From positions 1-56,692 of IMG/VR virus record IMGVR_UViG_3300050330_000084: DNA of 56,692 nt; one strand, 5' to 3'. Below the pieces are notes generated by a model, which worked only from the letters and a program-made list of their open reading frames with translations, was not told the origin of the DNA and made no database searches. Source of the stretch: a virus (Duplodnaviria; Caudoviricetes). Both the position numbers and the translations under genes were made by a program. Position 1 is the first letter of the stretch. The number at the start of each line of letters is the position of its first letter. Of the stretch, positions 54,962 through 56,692 are shown in pieces.

Positions 54962-55701
54962 ATCGCCGCCGGCATCTCGTCGTAGGTCCTGCCGTTGAGC
55001 AGCCGGCCAGTCGCCTTCTTGTTCCTGCCGCCCCACTGTTTGAAAAAAAATGCCGTGCCAGCCGCGCGGCACATGCGCTCGATCTCATCGACCCATGTCG
55101 GATCCATAGGACGAGCCTTCGGCCCGCTCTCACCTCCGACGATCGCCCAATGAATGTCCTTGAGGCTGGCGCCGGCAATCGAACCGATCAGCGGTTCGAA
55201 AGAAATGAACCGGATCGCGGCCGGAACCTGCCGAAGTTCGTCGATGCGGTGAAGGACACGGCCGTCCTCAACGCTGGTCCCGAGCCAGACATTCGGCAGC
55301 TTCGGCAGAGCGGGAACGATCTCGACCATGCGGTCGGGCCGCTTCGTCAAAATCTGGTAGGTGTGCCGCGGCGTCTCGGCCATGACCTTCCAGACATCGG
55401 CAATGAAGTCCGGTGGCACGTCCGAGTGAAACAGGTCCGACATCGAGTTCACGAAAACCCGCCGCGGCTTCGACCAAGTTGCCGGAATCGATAGGGATTT
55501 CCGATCAAGGTAGATCTTACCGGTCCATTTCGCCCGACCGCCAGATTTGCGTGTGAGGCCGTTGTATTTCTCGACGCCCATCGCTTCGAGCCGCGCCGCC
55601 ATGCGCATCGCGTAGCAGTTTGTGCAGCCGGCGGTCAGGACTGTGCAGCCCGCAACTGGGTTCCACGTCGCGTCAGTCCATTCGATCGTTGTCTCTGCCA
55701 T
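54958..55701 (-). CDS. DUF5131 (phage Gp37/Gp68) radical-SAM-like protein
   Basis: IEWTDATWNPVAGC...GCTNCYA, FVNSMSDLFH, ILTKRP, SFEPL, VGGESG, FFFKQWGG. Confidence 0.92.
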   Translation of the reverse strand: MAETTIEWTDATWNPVAGCTVLTAGCTNCYAMRMAARLEAMGVEKYNGLTRKSGGRAKWTGKIYLDRKSLSIPATWSKPRRVFVNSMSDLFHSDVPPDFIADVWKVMAETPRHTYQILTKRPDRMVEIVPALPKLPNVWLGTSVEDGRVLHRIDELRQVPAAIRFISFEPLIGSIAGASLKDIHWAIVGGESGPKARPMDPTWVDEIERMCRAAGTAFFFKQWGGRNKKATGRLLNGRTYDEMPAAI

Positions 55702-55999
55702 AGGATAATCCTCCTACCTTTCCATCATGGTTAATCTGAGACGAATGAAGCTTCGGTAAAAGTCTCTGAAGGTTGTGAGAGGGAGGGTTCCGGCCAAAGC
55801 TTCCCCCTACCCCATGACCGGAGCCACGAGGCCGGGGAAACCATGGCCGGTGTCCTGAAGGCCGGAGCCGGGATGGGACACGCGCCAGGACGCCTCTCGG
55901 CAATCCGCCCTCACTTTCAGGCAGCACGGTAGGACTTTCGCTTCCCGCGCCTGCGGCTTCACCTGCACCGGAGTTGCACCGGGTCGCCGCTTCAAACTC

Positions 56000-56031
56000 A
56001 AGCCCCGGTTCACCGTCGGGGCTTTTCTTTT
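56000..56031 (+). terminator. Rho-independent terminator
   Basis: AAGCCCCGG-N7-TCGGGGCTT followed by TTCTTTT. Confidence 0.8.
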
Positions 56032-56061
56032 GCGCCATCGCTGCATGGCCGTCAAATTAAT

Positions 56062-56114
56062 TTTGCGATAATCGCGATTTCCTACTTGACACTTTTTGCG
56101 ATTATCGCGAATAT
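56062..56114 (+). promoter_or_regulatory. OL-like operators and pL-like promoter
   Basis: TTTGCGATAATCGCGA (56062-77) and TTTGCGATTATCGCGA (56095-110) around TTGACA (56086-91). Confidence 0.85.
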
Positions 56115-56203
56115 CTCCCCATACCCACCACGAAGAAGCCCTCGGGCCGATCTGGCGAGACACCACCCCGGCCCGGCCGGGAGCAAGGGAAGGGAGAGGA
56201 CAG

Positions 56204-56692
56204 ATGGCCGCGAAGGCAAGGAAGCAGGAAGCCCAGACCGAGACGGTCATCCGTGGCCTCAAAGGGTTCGACCCGGATTGGAAATGCTACGGCGGCTTCC
56301 ATTACGAGGTCGGCAAGACCTACGAAGCCAAGGGGGACGCCGACGTCTGCCACAACGGCTTCCACGCCTGCGACGGCTCGCCATTCGACGTGTGGGGTTA
56401 TTTCGGCCCGGTTGGCGACGATGGACGCTTCAACCGCTTCGCTGAAACTGTCTCGTCCGGCAAGATCAGCCGCAAGACCGACGATAGCGACAGCAAGTTC
56501 GCGGCCACAAAGATCACCATTGAGGCCGAAGTAAAGTTCCCCGAGTTTCTTCGGCGCGGCATTTCCTGGCTGATTGAGAATACCAAGGGCAAGGACAACA
56601 ACAGCGGCGACAACGCCCGGATCGGCTCCAGCGGCTACTACGCCCAGATCGGCTCCAGCGGCGACAACGCCCGGATCGGCTCCAGCGGCGAC
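56204..56692 (+). CDS. Early phage protein with C-terminal repeats (truncated by window end)
   Basis: KGFD....C.GF.YEVGKTY...C.NGFHAC..P.DV..YF; no stop before the window end. Confidence 0.8.
   Translation, partial: MAAKARKQEAQTETVIRGLKGFDPDWKCYGGFHYEVGKTYEAKGDADVCHNGFHACDGSPFDVWGYFGPVGDDGRFNRFAETVSSGKISRKTDDSDSKFAATKITIEAEVKFPEFLRRGISWLIENTKGKDNNSGDNARIGSSGYYAQIGSSGDNARIGSSGD
56603..56692 (+). repeat. 27-bp coding tandem repeat (SGDNARIGS)
   Basis: agcggc(g/t)ac(a/t)acgccc(g/a)gatcggctcc at least three times. Confidence 0.9.

Larger units (their letters stand above)
1..56692. mobile_element. Temperate myovirus-like phage/prophage (boundaries not visible; extends beyond the right end)
   Basis: Contiguous lysis, tail, head, terminase, replication and cI/cro modules in canonical order; no host housekeeping gene, integrase or att site recognised. 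Confidence 0.93.

Noticed and set aside
56603-56692. CRISPR-like array
   Set aside because: Contiguous in-frame 27-bp coding repeats without spacers

Overview
The window holds most of a temperate, contractile-tailed (myovirus-like) phage or prophage. It is GC-rich, and DUF982 and GapR-like genes suggest a Rhizobiales/Hyphomicrobiales host (inference). Read right to left on the minus strand it has: a lambda-like switch (cro 49991-50242, cI 50333-51280, five copies of the operator TTTGCGAT(A/T)ATCGCGA, one degenerate, at OR about 50253-50325 and OL about 56062-56110); an early operon (ParB-like protein, SNF2-like helicase, NUMOD4-HNH, N4/N6 DNA methyltransferase, RuvC-like resolvase, DnaB); terminase, portal, head, neck, sheath/tube, a frameshifted tail chaperone, tape measure, baseplate and a multi-gene fibre module; and a lysis cassette. 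No integrase or att site is visible. Accessory cargo sits at 0-4.2 kb, 6.5-7.5 kb, 19.9-23.2 kb, 30.9-32.6 kb, 40.9-42.5 kb and 51.2-56 kb. The most striking unexplained element is a promoter-linked RNA of about 320 nt (6743-7058) with eight hairpins and a pseudoknot, several of whose loops are complementary to Shine-Dalgarno plus start-codon sequences. Other candidates are a Maf/MptE-like plus methyltransferase fusion inside the head operon, a TcmP/DUF5131 pair with a nearby structured transcript, an SRA-HNH nuclease, a membrane plus soluble two-gene defence candidate, and a tRNA-like element upstream of terS. All family calls are from motif recognition by eye, not database searches.
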